The notes beneath the pieces are model-generated. The model made no database searches and was not told the DNA's origin. It saw only the letters and a program-made list of their open reading frames with translations. A stretch of 64,000 nt of DNA from Thermoanaerobaculia bacterium (lineage in GTDB: Bacteria; Acidobacteriota; Thermoanaerobaculia; Gp7-AA8), in NCBI GenBank assembly GCA_035636095.1, contig DASPZU010000015.1, forward strand, positions 15,371-79,370. Direction: 5' to 3'. How positions within the stretch are numbered: the first letter of the stretch is position 1; each line of letters starts with the position of its first letter. Both the position numbers and the translations under genes were made by a program. Shown piece by piece: positions 30,467 to 40,042 of the stretch.

Positions 30467-31265
30467 ATTTTCCCGCAAATTGCGGTTTACGTTTCTGGTT
30501 GTATGCCCCCAGCCCTTCCTTGGCATCGTCGCTCTGGAAGAGTTGCTGCTGCAGCTCGCGCTCGACCGCCAGCGCGCTTTCGAGCGGGATTTCCCAGCCC
30601 GTTTGCACGGAGCGTTTGATGCGGCCAACAGCTTTCGCGGCTTTGTTAGGCGGACAGAAACTCCACGCGTACTCCATGACGCGGTCCCACCACTTCCGCC
30701 CACCCTCCTCTGCCGGCCACACGTAGTTGACGATGCCCCATTCCCGCGCCTGCTCGAACTCGAACAGATTGCCTTCGCCCATGAGCTGGATCGCACGTGA
30801 CTTGCCGACCAGGCGCGACAACCGCTGGGTGCCGCCGGTGCCCGGCAGAACGCCCAGCGTGACTTCCGGCAGACCGACTTTGCCTGCGCCCTTGAGCGCG
30901 ATGCGAATGTCGGCCGCCATCGCGATTTCCAATCCACCGCCGACGGTGTGGCCGTTCAGCGCGGCGATCACCAGCTTCGGCGTCTGCTCGAGGCGCAGCA
31001 GCGTCTCATTCGCATGCAGGCAGAAGAAGTATTTGAACTGCGGTGTGACCTCGGAAAGCATCTTGATGTTTGCGCCGGCGGAGAAAAACTTCTCGCCTGC
31101 GCCGCGCATCACGATCACGTGGACGTCGTCATCCATCCGCGCCTTCAGGATGCAGTCATCCAGCTCGCGGTTCATCTCGTAGGTGTAGGTGTTGGCGGGA
31201 GGGTCGTTGAGCTCGAAAATCGCAACGCCCTTCTCCACGCGGTAGTCGATTAAGTTTCCAGCCAT
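30465..31265 (-). CDS. Enoyl-CoA hydratase/isomerase (crotonase) family protein
   Basis: ATG at 31265. MRGAGEKFFSAGANI and a crotonase fold. Confidence 0.85.
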   Translation of the reverse strand: MAGNLIDYRVEKGVAIFELNDPPANTYTYEMNRELDDCILKARMDDDVHVIVMRGAGEKFFSAGANIKMLSEVTPQFKYFFCLHANETLLRLEQTPKLVIAALNGHTVGGGLEIAMAADIRIALKGAGKVGLPEVTLGVLPGTGGTQRLSRLVGKSRAIQLMGEGNLFEFEQAREWGIVNYVWPAEEGGRKWWDRVMEYAWSFCPPNKAAKAVGRIKRSVQTGWEIPLESALAVERELQQQLFQSDDAKEGLGAYNQKRKPQFAGK

Positions 31266-31297
31266 CCTGTCTCCTCGCATTCAGCGCGGGATTGTAC

Positions 31298-32368
31298 TCA
31301 TAGACTGTCTCCAAACGAGATACCGAGACTCCGCGCCGTTGCCACCAACTCACCGTTCGGGTCGACATATTTCGGATTCGATACCGCATCCCGAATTGGG
31401 GCCGCCACGATGCTCTCGCCGCGAAGCGCGACCATCTTCCCGAAATCGCCTCTCGCGATCAGATCGGCCGCTGCCTTGCCGAAGCGCGTCGCCAGGACGC
31501 GATCGAACGGGATCGGCGATCCGCCGCGCTGAATGTGACCGAGCACCGTGACGCGAATCTCGAGGTTGATCTCGCGCGAAATCTCGTCGGCCACCTGATA
31601 CGCGATGCCGCCCAGGCGTTTGGAACGGCGGTCGACGTAGCGCTCCGCCCCACCCACCCGCTTGGCGCCCTCCGCCACCACGATGATGTCGAATGGCGAG
31701 CCTTCCGTTTGCCGCGACCGGATCGATTCGACGATCGCCTCCGGAGTGTACGGAATCTCCGGAATGAGAATGATGTCCGCTCCCCCCGCCAGCCCTGCGT
31801 GCAACGCGATCCAGCCGCAGTGGCGCCCCATCACTTCCAGGATCATCACGCGATCGTGGCTCTCGGCCGTCGTGTGCAGTCGATCGACGGCATCGGTCGC
31901 GACCGCAACTGCGGTCATGAAACCAAACGTGAAATCGGTCGCGGCCAGATCGTTGTCGATCGTCTTGGGCACCGCGATCATCGGAATGCCCATCTCGAAC
32001 AGGCGCTGCGCGATCTTGAGCGTCCCATCGCCGCCGATGGCGATGATTCCGTCCAGTCCCAGCTCCTCGATGTTCCTGCGCACAAGCTGGGAGCGGTCTT
32101 CCTTCCCGGCTTCGACCGGAAACTCGAAGGGATTGCCGCGATTGGTGGTGCGCAACAGCGTTCCGCCTTTGGGAAGGATTCCGCGAATCAGCTCGCTGGT
32201 GAGCGGAATGCACGACTTGTTGAGCAGGCCCTCGAATCCGAGTTGGATGCCCAGGACTTCCAGGTCGTGGTCGCGGGTGGCGGTGCGGACCGCCGCGCGA
32301 ATCACGGCGTTGAGTCCCGGACAATCGCCGCCGCCGGTCAGAATGCCGATTCGTTTGATTGCGCGCAT
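31298..32368 (-). CDS. pfkA: 6-phosphofructokinase
   Basis: ILTGGGDCPGLNAVIRA and IGGDGTLKIA. It has PKTIDND (Lys at the PPi-type position) together with GGDGT (Gly at the ATP-type position). Confidence 0.9.
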   Translation of the reverse strand: MRAIKRIGILTGGGDCPGLNAVIRAAVRTATRDHDLEVLGIQLGFEGLLNKSCIPLTSELIRGILPKGGTLLRTTNRGNPFEFPVEAGKEDRSQLVRRNIEELGLDGIIAIGGDGTLKIAQRLFEMGIPMIAVPKTIDNDLAATDFTFGFMTAVAVATDAVDRLHTTAESHDRVMILEVMGRHCGWIALHAGLAGGADIILIPEIPYTPEAIVESIRSRQTEGSPFDIIVVAEGAKRVGGAERYVDRRSKRLGGIAYQVADEISREINLEIRVTVLGHIQRGGSPIPFDRVLATRFGKAAADLIARGDFGKMVALRGESIVAAPIRDAVSNPKYVDPNGELVATARSLGISFGDSL

Positions 32369-32374
32369 GTATGC

Positions 32375-32442
32375 AGTCCTGAGTCCTGAGTGCGAGTCCT
32401 GAGTTTATATGGCTCAGTCTGCTCAGGACTCAGCACTCAGGA
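32375..32442 (+). repeat. Heptamer-array hairpin (AGTCCTG x3 / CTCAGGA x3) in the divergent pfk/glsB promoter region
   Basis: AGTCCTGAGTCCTGAGTGCGAGTCCTGAGtttatatggCTCAGTCTGCTCAGGACTCAGCACTCAGGA. It shares the same heptamer as the hairpin at 58894-58967. Confidence 0.6.
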
Positions 32443-32510
32443 ATCGGCACTGTGCTTGCTCATCCATTAGCCCGTCAGCATCACGCTGACGAAAGCTTGG
32501 AGGAAAGAGC

Positions 32511-32765
32511 ATGACTATCCTTGGATGGCTGTTGTTTGGTCTCATCGTCGGCGCGATCGCAAAGTTCCTCATGCCGGGACGCGATCCTGGTGGCTGGATC
32601 GTCACCATCCTGCTCGGAGTCGCCGGCTCCTTCGTCGGCGGCTTCCTGGCCACGACCCTTCTCGGACGCCAGGAGCAGACAGCCGGCTGGATCGGCTCGA
32701 TCATCGGGGCGATGGTTCTCCTTTTCATCTATCGGCTGATCGTCGGCCGCCGAACTGTAGTTTAA
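32511..32765 (+). CDS. GlsB/YeaQ/YmgE-family small membrane stress protein
   Basis: 84 aa, MTILGWLLFGLIVGAIAKFLMPGRDPGGWIVTILLGVAGSFVGG. Followed by a terminator. Confidence 0.85.
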   Translation: MTILGWLLFGLIVGAIAKFLMPGRDPGGWIVTILLGVAGSFVGGFLATTLLGRQEQTAGWIGSIIGAMVLLFIYRLIVGRRTVV

Positions 32766-32785
32766 ACTCCTCTCCTGCTGTGGTT

Positions 32786-32815
32786 TTGGCCCCGCGCGAG
32801 CGGGGCTTTTTGTTT
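32786..32815 (+). terminator. Rho-independent terminator
   Basis: GCCCCGCGCGAGCGGGGC followed by TTTTTGTTT. Confidence 0.8.
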
Positions 32816-32971
32816 GCCTATCGTTTCAACGGCCGCGGCGAGCCGGTCGTACTATCGACGAAACAATTCGTCGGGTTGTTCGTCACACCTCCTAGACGGC
32901 AGCCGCAGGCGGGTGGAAAATACCTGGACCACGGCCAACGTTCTTCAACCCACAAGGAGCACTCAAAAACC

Positions 32972-34534
32972 ATGAACTCACGCACCAAACGCATTTTGTC
33001 GACCGTCGCGATCATCATCGCGTCGGTCGCGTTCGGCATCGTCCTCAGCGCCGACCTCGGTCTGATGCGCAAGTCGAACGCCCAATCCGCGCCGGCCATT
33101 CAAATCTCGTCCGGCCCGGCAGTGGCAACGTCGGTGAGCATCCCGTCGTTCGCCGACATCGCCTCGCGCGTCGCGCCGGCGGTTGTTTCGATCACCTCCA
33201 CCGAGGTCGTCAAGACCAGCGACATGCGGCGCAGGAATTTCGGGATCGATCCGTTCGACTTCTTCTTCCCGAATCCGAACGACGGACGTCGCCGGCCGAA
33301 CAATCGCGATCAGGGCGATGACGACGAGCATGCCCAGCGCAGCGGCGGCTCGGGATTCATCATCTCGCCCGACGGCTACATCCTCACCAACAACCACGTC
33401 ATCGACGGCGCCACGAAAGTGGAAGTCCACTACGGCGCCGATGCCGACGGCAACGGCGGCCACACTGTTCCCGCCAAGATCGTCGGTCGCGACCCGGCCA
33501 CCGATATCGCTCTGTTGAAGATCGATGCCGGAAGCGGCCTGCCCAACGTTCCCCTGGGCGACTCGGACCGCATCCGCAAGGGCGATTGGGCGATCGCAAT
33601 CGGAAACCCGTACCAGTTCGAAAACACGCTGACGGTCGGCGTCATCTCCGCCAAAGGCCGCTCGCTCGGACTGAGTCAGGAGACCCAGTCGTTCGAGAAC
33701 TTCATCCAGACCGACGCCGCCATCAACTTCGGCAACTCCGGCGGTCCTCTGCTCAACATCAACGGAGAGGTCGTCGGCATCAACACCGCAATTCGCGGCG
33801 GCGGCGCGCAGGGACTCGGATTCGCAACGCCCATCAACACCGCCAAGCGCCTTCTTCCCGAGCTGAAGACCGGCAAAGTCGTTCGCGGTTACCTGGGCAT
33901 GGGAATCGTTCCGGTGACCGACGACGTCAAAGACTCGTTCAAGCTGGCTGAAGCGCGCGGCGCGCTGGTGCAGAACGTCGAAGCGGGTAAGCCGGCAGAA
34001 AAGGCGGGCATCCAGCCCGGCGATGTCATCGTGGAGATCGACGGACGGAAGATCAACACCAACCGCGAGCTGATCGACTACATCTCGTATCTGCCGGTCG
34101 GCTCGAAGGTGAACATCACCGTCGTCCGCGACGGACAGCGCAAGACGCTGACCGCGACCACGACCGAGCGCACCCTCGAAGCGGAGAACCTGGACCGAAG
34201 CGACAACAACAGCGTTCAGCCGTCGCGCAACCGTCTGGGCATGTCGGTCGACAATCTGACACCGCAGAACCGGCAGGCCTACAACATCGACGACAAGATT
34301 CGCAATGGCGTCGTGGTCACGAACGTCAAGGAAGTCTCGCCCGCCGGTGAGGCGCTGAACGAAGGGGATGTCATCACCGAGGTGCAGGGGACGCGAGTCA
34401 ATGACGTCAACGATTTCCGCACCGCCATCGATCGCCTGCGCAGCGGGCAGACGGTTCACATGTACGTTGTGAGCTCCGGCCGCGGCGGCAACAGCCGCCT
34501 GCTCCAGGGCTATCGCTTCATCAAAGTTCCCTGA
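32972..34534 (+). CDS. htrA: Do-family periplasmic serine endopeptidase (HtrA/DegP/DegQ) with two PDZ domains
   Basis: ATG at 32972 with AAGGAG 10 nt upstream. A transmembrane/signal segment. Catalytic triad regions TNNHV, DIALLKI and GNSGGPL. The track ORF is over-extended to 32525. Confidence 0.9.
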   Translation: MNSRTKRILSTVAIIIASVAFGIVLSADLGLMRKSNAQSAPAIQISSGPAVATSVSIPSFADIASRVAPAVVSITSTEVVKTSDMRRRNFGIDPFDFFFPNPNDGRRRPNNRDQGDDDEHAQRSGGSGFIISPDGYILTNNHVIDGATKVEVHYGADADGNGGHTVPAKIVGRDPATDIALLKIDAGSGLPNVPLGDSDRIRKGDWAIAIGNPYQFENTLTVGVISAKGRSLGLSQETQSFENFIQTDAAINFGNSGGPLLNINGEVVGINTAIRGGGAQGLGFATPINTAKRLLPELKTGKVVRGYLGMGIVPVTDDVKDSFKLAEARGALVQNVEAGKPAEKAGIQPGDVIVEIDGRKINTNRELIDYISYLPVGSKVNITVVRDGQRKTLTATTTERTLEAENLDRSDNNSVQPSRNRLGMSVDNLTPQNRQAYNIDDKIRNGVVVTNVKEVSPAGEALNEGDVITEVQGTRVNDVNDFRTAIDRLRSGQTVHMYVVSSGRGGNSRLLQGYRFIKVP

Positions 34535-34557
34535 TTCTCATTTCTTTCTTGGCAGTG

Positions 34558-34592
34558 GAGCGCCGCCGACTTCGGCGGCGCTTTTTTTTTGG
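34558..34592 (+). terminator. Rho-independent terminator
   Basis: GCGCCGCCGACTTCGGCGGCGC followed by TTTTTTTTT. Confidence 0.9.
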
Positions 34593-34627
34593 GGTCATAA
34601 TTCCGCGCCGTGGACCATGAACGCTTC

Positions 34628-35617
34628 ATGCGGCGCGCGCTGGAGCTGGCGGAGCGCGGCCGCTACTCGGTCAGCCCCAATCCGATGGTGGGCTGCGTGC
34701 TGGTACGCGGCGGTCACATCGTCGGCGAGGGATGGCATCAGCGCGCCGGCGAGCCCCACGCCGAGGTCAAGGCGCTGCAGAGCTGCCACGATCCACGCGG
34801 CACGACGATGTACGTCAACCTCGAGCCGTGCGTGCATCATGGCCGCACGCCTCCCTGCTCGCATGTCGTTCGTGACTCAGGCGTGTCGAAGGTCATCATT
34901 GCGACTGCAGACCCGCACGATATCGTCAATGGTCGCGGGATCGAGGAGCTCAGCGCCGCAGGTGTGCCGGTAGAAGTCGGCGTCCTCGAATTCGAGGCGC
35001 GACGCCTCAACGAAAAGTTTCTGCATGCTGTGACGGCCAGGAAGCCGTTCGTCTGCCTCAAAGCGGCCATGACACTCGATGGCAAGCTGGCCACGGTCGC
35101 GCGCGAGAGCCAGTGGATCACGTCGGAAGCGTCACGGCAGAAGAGCCTCGAGCTTCGCGAAGAGTACGACGCGATCCTCGTCGGCGGGGGCACGGTCTCC
35201 GAAGACAATCCGCAACTGACTCGCCGCCTCGGATGGAACAACGCCATCACGCCGTGGACGCGCGTCGTTCTCGATCGCGACCAGCGCGTGCCGCCGACCG
35301 CCCGTGTGCTGACGGACGGCGGCGCGACCCTGCACATCACTCGCGACGTCGACCTCGATGCCGTGCTCGGTGATCTGTATGGCCGCGGCATTCAGTCGCT
35401 GATCGTCGAAGGGGGGGCTTTCGTTCTCTCGGAGTTCATCCGGCGGCGGCTCTGGCAGAAAATGATCGTCTTCACGGCTCCGATGTTCGTTGGCGGCGGC
35501 GATGCACCGTCGATCCTGGCGGGCGAGGGGGTGCGGCGGTTGACAGAGGCCTATCGGTTTCGCTTTGATCACGTCGAACTCTTTGGCAGTGATTTGATGA
35601 TCACGGCGTATCCGTAA
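34628..35617 (+). CDS. ribD: Bifunctional riboflavin biosynthesis protein RibD (deaminase/reductase)
   Basis: MRRALELAERG...HAEVKAL...CVHHGRTPPC is the CMP/dCMP deaminase zinc motif, with a C-terminal reductase domain. The track start at 34610 is GTG; the ATG at 34628 aligns with the E. coli N-terminus. Confidence 0.9.
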   Translation: MRRALELAERGRYSVSPNPMVGCVLVRGGHIVGEGWHQRAGEPHAEVKALQSCHDPRGTTMYVNLEPCVHHGRTPPCSHVVRDSGVSKVIIATADPHDIVNGRGIEELSAAGVPVEVGVLEFEARRLNEKFLHAVTARKPFVCLKAAMTLDGKLATVARESQWITSEASRQKSLELREEYDAILVGGGTVSEDNPQLTRRLGWNNAITPWTRVVLDRDQRVPPTARVLTDGGATLHITRDVDLDAVLGDLYGRGIQSLIVEGGAFVLSEFIRRRLWQKMIVFTAPMFVGGGDAPSILAGEGVRRLTEAYRFRFDHVELFGSDLMITAYP

Positions 35618-36216
35618 TGTTCACCGGCATCATCCATAGCAGCGGCGTCATCGAATCGCTCGAGCGACTCGAAGCGGGCGGGCGGATGCGCATCCGCGGT
35701 GTCGACGATCAGCCGTTTATGCGCGGCGAAAGCGTGGCCGTGAATGGTGTGTGCCTCACCGTCATCCCGAACGGCATCGCACTCATGACCGAGATCTCGA
35801 ACGAGACATTGTCGCGCACGACCCTGGGCAGTCTCGGCATTGGCGCGCGCGTCAACATCGAGCGCGCCCTCGGCGTCGGCGATCGATTGGGCGGGCATTT
35901 CGTGCAGGGACACGTCGACACCACCGGAACTCTGATCTCGAAAAAATCGGAGGGCGAATTCGCCGTGTATCGATGGAGCTTCCCGGCCGAATTCGCGGAT
36001 CTGATCGTCAGCAAGGGATCGATCGCCGTCGACGGCGTCTCGCTCACGGTGGTCGACCCCGACGAATCGAGCTTTGCGGCCGCCTTGATCCCCGAAACGC
36101 TGCGCCGCACCACCCTGGGCACCGCGCGCATCGGCGAGCGGGTGAACCTGGAGTTCGACATGATCGCGAAATACGTGCGCACGCTGGTCGCGCCGTACCT
36201 CGCGGTACGCCCTTGA
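35617..36216 (+). CDS. ribE: Riboflavin synthase (alpha subunit)
   Basis: MFTGIIHSSGVI...VNGVCLTV, repeated in the second half (SIAVDGVSLTV). Its start overlaps the ribD stop (TAATG). Confidence 0.9.
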   Translation: MFTGIIHSSGVIESLERLEAGGRMRIRGVDDQPFMRGESVAVNGVCLTVIPNGIALMTEISNETLSRTTLGSLGIGARVNIERALGVGDRLGGHFVQGHVDTTGTLISKKSEGEFAVYRWSFPAEFADLIVSKGSIAVDGVSLTVVDPDESSFAAALIPETLRRTTLGTARIGERVNLEFDMIAKYVRTLVAPYLAVRP

Positions 36217-36245
36217 TCATCTATCGCAAAGCGCAGCAGCTCCGC

Positions 36246-37226
36246 ATGCAGCGAAGCGCGATTCCTGCTCCCCCGTTTTGGGCCGCCACCGCGATTGCGC
36301 CCTACGGCCCGCGGCGCGCGGCGCCGATCGCGATCGATTACCTCGATCTGCGCGCGAGCTACGCCGATCGAATGGAAGTTACCGTGTGCGAGGATGTTCG
36401 CGATGCGCTCGAGCGAAGCCCGCGCATTGCCGAGCCGGCGCTGATCGATGCCGCCGAATTCGCCGAGGTCATCTTTCGACGGGGGGAGGAAGTGCTGCGA
36501 TTCTGCTGCGACACGGGGGCGACGGCCGTCCACCTCGTTTCCACGCAGGGAGCGTTACCGGCAGCGGCCTGCGATCGCGCGGTCGTGGTCATCGCGGCGT
36601 GGCCAGTCGATTTTCCGCGGCTCGAAGAAATGTTCACAGGCGCGAAAGGCATGCGCTGGGGCGTCGTGGTTCCAGTGATCTACCCAGCCACGACAAATCT
36701 CGAGGCGCTCCGCCACATCGCGACATTGGCTCACGAACATGGCGCAATGTTTCTGGCGGCCCTCTCGCTGGAGCTCGACGCTGGGGCGCGGAAGGCGATC
36801 GCGGACGATCGCGAAGAGTACGACATGTTGTTTCACACCGACCTGGAGCCGATTCAGGTCGCGACAGAACGACACATCGCGGCGCTGGCGGCGGAGGTCG
36901 GCCTGGCCGACTTCATCCTGCCTCCGCGCTGGAACGAACGGTCGAACTGGAACGCCGCGATCCTGCTCACGCTGACCGCCACGCGGATGATCGGAATGAA
37001 GCGCGATGTCGAGATCGCCTCGCGCATCGCGCGATCGGCGCGAGCGGTGGCGCAGCTCGACAAGCCCCTCCAGCGCGTCGCCTCGGCCGCCAGCCTCTCC
37101 ATCGTCGAATCGCTCGACGAAATCAGCGTCGACATCCTCACCGAATGGCTGGAGACCGGCCGCTCGGCGTACGTCGATCACATCAACAAACAGTGGCGGC
37201 TGCGGCGGGATGTGGGCGTCCAATGA
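36246..37226 (+). CDS. Hypothetical protein (326 aa), no recognisable motif
   Basis: ATG (MQRSAIPAPPFW...). No Cys cluster or nucleotide-binding motif seen. Its stop overlaps the start of the downstream MOSC gene (ATGA). The track ORF is over-extended from 35751. Confidence 0.5.
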   Translation: MQRSAIPAPPFWAATAIAPYGPRRAAPIAIDYLDLRASYADRMEVTVCEDVRDALERSPRIAEPALIDAAEFAEVIFRRGEEVLRFCCDTGATAVHLVSTQGALPAAACDRAVVVIAAWPVDFPRLEEMFTGAKGMRWGVVVPVIYPATTNLEALRHIATLAHEHGAMFLAALSLELDAGARKAIADDREEYDMLFHTDLEPIQVATERHIAALAAEVGLADFILPPRWNERSNWNAAILLTLTATRMIGMKRDVEIASRIARSARAVAQLDKPLQRVASAASLSIVESLDEISVDILTEWLETGRSAYVDHINKQWRLRRDVGVQ

Positions 37227-37870
37227 AGCTCATTTCGGTCAATGTCGGCCCTCCTCGCGAAGTCGTGTGGCGCGGACGCACCGTGAAGACCTCGATCTGG
37301 AAGACGCCGACGAGCGGCAGAGTCGTCGTGCGCAATCTCAACGTCGCAGGCGACGCGCAATCTGACCTGACCGTTCATGGCGGTCCGGACAAAGCCGTCT
37401 ACGTCTATCCCAGCGAGCACTACGCGTTCTGGCGTGCGGAGCTTCCTGACATGGAGTTGTCGTGGGGCGCGTTCGGCGAGAATTTCACGACCGAGGGGCT
37501 GATCGAGTCGGAGGTGATGATCGGCGATCGGATGCAGATCGGTTCGGCGGAGTTCCAGGTGACGCAGCCTCGAATGCCGTGCTTCAAGCTCGGAATCCGC
37601 TTCGGCCGCGACGACATGATCAAACGCTTCCTGCGCAGCGGCCGAACAGGTTTTTACCTTGCCGTTCTGCGCGAAGGCGAGGTTGGGGCAGGAGATCCGA
37701 TCGCGTTCGCTGAGCGTCGCCAAGGCGGGCTGTCGGTGGCCGATGTGACATCGCTGTACGCTCGCGATGCTGATAATCAGGCGCTTCTGCGCCGGGCCGC
37801 CGAAGCAGAGGCGTTACCGGAGAGCTGGCGCGAGTACTTCCGCAAGCGATTGTGGGAAGCGGATTCATAG
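37223..37870 (+). CDS. MOSC-domain protein (YiiM-like)
   Basis: MKLISVNVGPPREV...GDAQSDLTVHGGPDKAVY...QPRMPCFKLG with a conserved Cys. Followed by a hairpin at 37905-37926. Confidence 0.8.
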   Translation: MKLISVNVGPPREVVWRGRTVKTSIWKTPTSGRVVVRNLNVAGDAQSDLTVHGGPDKAVYVYPSEHYAFWRAELPDMELSWGAFGENFTTEGLIESEVMIGDRMQIGSAEFQVTQPRMPCFKLGIRFGRDDMIKRFLRSGRTGFYLAVLREGEVGAGDPIAFAERRQGGLSVADVTSLYARDADNQALLRRAAEAEALPESWREYFRKRLWEADS

Positions 37871-38013
37871 ACACTGACGAATGCGCCGCGTTTCCGCTTG
37901 CGCTAGCACGAACAGGACGTTCGTGCCCCACCCTTAAAAACTTCCTTGAATCCTACCGGGGTCCGAGGAGAATAGCAGAATTTCACTGTGGCGTCACAAC
38001 GTTGCGGGATGCA

Positions 38014-38655
38014 ATGTCACGCAAAGCGATCGTCATCGGGGCCGTGGCGGTCCTTCTTGTGATCGGCATCACATTCGTCGGCTGGTGGTATTTCCTGAGG
38101 ACGACCCGCCATGCCGTGACGGAAGTATTTACTCCGCACGAGGAACAGGTCGATCTGACCACGCTCGTCACTCGGGTGCGGGCCCTCAATCGCCTCGAGA
38201 CAGCGTCGATGCGCGTGGTGCACGTGAGCACCATCACACAGTCGTATGAGTACGTCCCCGACGGCCTTACTGGCGATCAACTCACCTTCCTGGCGGCCGG
38301 CGACGTGATCGCCGGAATCGATCTCTCGCAACTGCGGCAGGAGGATGTCCGGCGCGAGGGCGACGGCACCATCGTGGTGCGCCTCCCCCCCTCCCAGGTC
38401 CTGGTCACGCGCCTCGACAATCGGGAGTCGCGCGTGATCAATCGCAAGACCGGCCTGTTTCGACGGGCGGACGTTCACATGGAGGGGCGCGCGCGCCAGT
38501 ACGCGGAGCAGGGCATCCGCAATGAGGCCGTCAAAAAAGGGATCCTGAGCCTGGCCTCAGAAAACGCCGAGGTCAAGGTCGCCGAGTTGCTCCATATGTT
38601 CGGCTTCCAGCGGGTCCGCTGCGAGGCCGTGCAAGCATCGCCTTCGCGAGGCTGA
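38014..38655 (+). CDS. Hypothetical membrane-anchored protein (single N-terminal transmembrane segment; DUF4230-like?)
   Basis: ATG at 38014 (MSRKAIVIGAVAVLLVIGITFVGWWYF). Its 3' end overlaps the convergent trpE by about 80 nt. Confidence 0.5.
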   Translation: MSRKAIVIGAVAVLLVIGITFVGWWYFLRTTRHAVTEVFTPHEEQVDLTTLVTRVRALNRLETASMRVVHVSTITQSYEYVPDGLTGDQLTFLAAGDVIAGIDLSQLRQEDVRREGDGTIVVRLPPSQVLVTRLDNRESRVINRKTGLFRRADVHMEGRARQYAEQGIRNEAVKKGILSLASENAEVKVAELLHMFGFQRVRCEAVQASPSRG

Positions 38656-40042
38656 TGGCCTTCCGCAGCGCCGCCGCTTTATTGACGCACTCGTGGTACT
38701 CGTAGGCCGGATCGGAGTCGTAAACGATGCCGCCGCCTGCCTGCACGAACGCGCGATCGTGCGCCAGAACCGCGGTGCGGATGGTGATGCACGAGTCGAG
38801 ATTGCCCGAGAAGCCGAAGTAGGCCACCGCGCCGCCGTACGGCCCGCGGCGACTCTTTTCGAATCGATCGATCAGCTCCATGGCGCGGATTTTCGGCGCG
38901 CCGGTGAGCGTGCCGGCCGGAAAACACGACAGGAAAGCATCGACGGAGGTGCGATCGTCGCGAAGTTTTCCGAGGACGTCCGTCACGAGATGCATGACGT
39001 GGCTGTAGCGCTCGACGTAGCAGAACTTGCTGACGGCCACCGATCCGCTTTTCGAGACGCGGCCGAGATCGTTGCGGCCGAGGTCGACCAGCATCAGGTG
39101 CTCGGCGTTTTCCTTCGGATCGGCGAGCAGCGCCGCCTCGAGCTGCGCATCTTCCTCCGGCGTTGCGCCGCGCCATCGCGTGCCGGCGATGGGCCGCGTC
39201 TCCGCGATGCCATCCTCGACCCGCACCAGCATCTCCGGCGACGCACCGACTAATGTGCACTCGGCGGTCCGCAGCAGAAACATGTAGGGCGACGGATTGA
39301 CCGACCGCAAGGTCCGATACAGGGTCAAGGCCTCGGCCGTCGGATAGGGAGTCTCCCAGCGCTGCGACAGAACGATCTGATAGATCTCGCCGGCCGCGAT
39401 CTCCTCTTTCGCTTCACGGATCATGGCCTCGAAGTCAGGACGCTCGAAGTTCGAGCGCAATTCGACCTGCTCGACATCCGCCGGCATCCCAAAAAGATCG
39501 ACGGTGGCGGAGCGCAGCTTCATGACGGCGCGATCAAGGCGGGCCTCCGCTTCCGCCAGCGAGGCATCCGGATCTTTCGTGAATATATTTGATACTAAAT
39601 ATAATCTCTGTTTAACGTGATCAAATACTGCAACATTATCGAAAAACAGCAACCGCGCGTCGGGGATGTTGAGATCATCGGCGTGCGAGTCGGGGATGCG
39701 CTCGGTCCAGCCGGCCACGCCGTGGCCGAAGAACCCGACCGCGCCGCCGCAAAACGGCGGAAGCTGATCCTCGTTGTACACCCGCAGCGGACGCAGCTCT
39801 TCTTTCAGCAGCCCGGCCGGATCGGGCGTGGTGCGATCGAAGCGCAGCGTGCGTCGCGGATCGAATCCAACGAAGGAATATCGGCCGAGGTTTTCGCCGC
39901 GCTCGACCGACTCGAAGAGAAACGCGTCATTGGCATCGCCGGAGAGGGCCGCGAAGGCCGCCACCGGCGTGAGCGCATCGGCGCTCAGCTCCCGCGCGAT
40001 GGGGACGATGTCGTAGTCGCGTCGCAGCTCGTCGAGATTCAT
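38573..40042 (-). CDS. trpE: Anthranilate synthase component I
   Basis: N-terminal Trp-feedback motif FLFESVERGENLGRYSF (LLES...GRYS). The C-terminal chorismate-binding domain ends ...GGAVAYFGFSGNLDSCITIRT. Its start overlaps the aroD-aroE stop (ATGA). No trpG is adjacent. Confidence 0.8.
   Translation of the reverse strand: MNLDELRRDYDIVPIARELSADALTPVAAFAALSGDANDAFLFESVERGENLGRYSFVGFDPRRTLRFDRTTPDPAGLLKEELRPLRVYNEDQLPPFCGGAVGFFGHGVAGWTERIPDSHADDLNIPDARLLFFDNVAVFDHVKQRLYLVSNIFTKDPDASLAEAEARLDRAVMKLRSATVDLFGMPADVEQVELRSNFERPDFEAMIREAKEEIAAGEIYQIVLSQRWETPYPTAEALTLYRTLRSVNPSPYMFLLRTAECTLVGASPEMLVRVEDGIAETRPIAGTRWRGATPEEDAQLEAALLADPKENAEHLMLVDLGRNDLGRVSKSGSVAVSKFCYVERYSHVMHLVTDVLGKLRDDRTSVDAFLSCFPAGTLTGAPKIRAMELIDRFEKSRRGPYGGAVAYFGFSGNLDSCITIRTAVLAHDRAFVQAGGGIVYDSDPAYEYHECVNKAAALRKAISLAKAMLARPRSGPAGSRTYGATRRP

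Noticed and set aside
32375-32442. CRISPR array or REP/BIME as an explanation for the heptamer arrays
   Set aside because: The units are 7-9 nt with no spacers, each locus is a single palindrome, and unit sequences differ between loci. There are no cas genes.
32525-34534. Track ORF giving a 669-aa HtrA
   Set aside because: The first 149 residues are Arg/Pro-rich read-through of upstream sequence that includes a terminator. The real ATG with a Shine-Dalgarno sequence is at 32972.
34535-34627. FMN riboswitch expected upstream of ribD
   Set aside because: Only about 90 bp are available, and most of that is the htrA terminator. No RFN-like conserved stems were seen.
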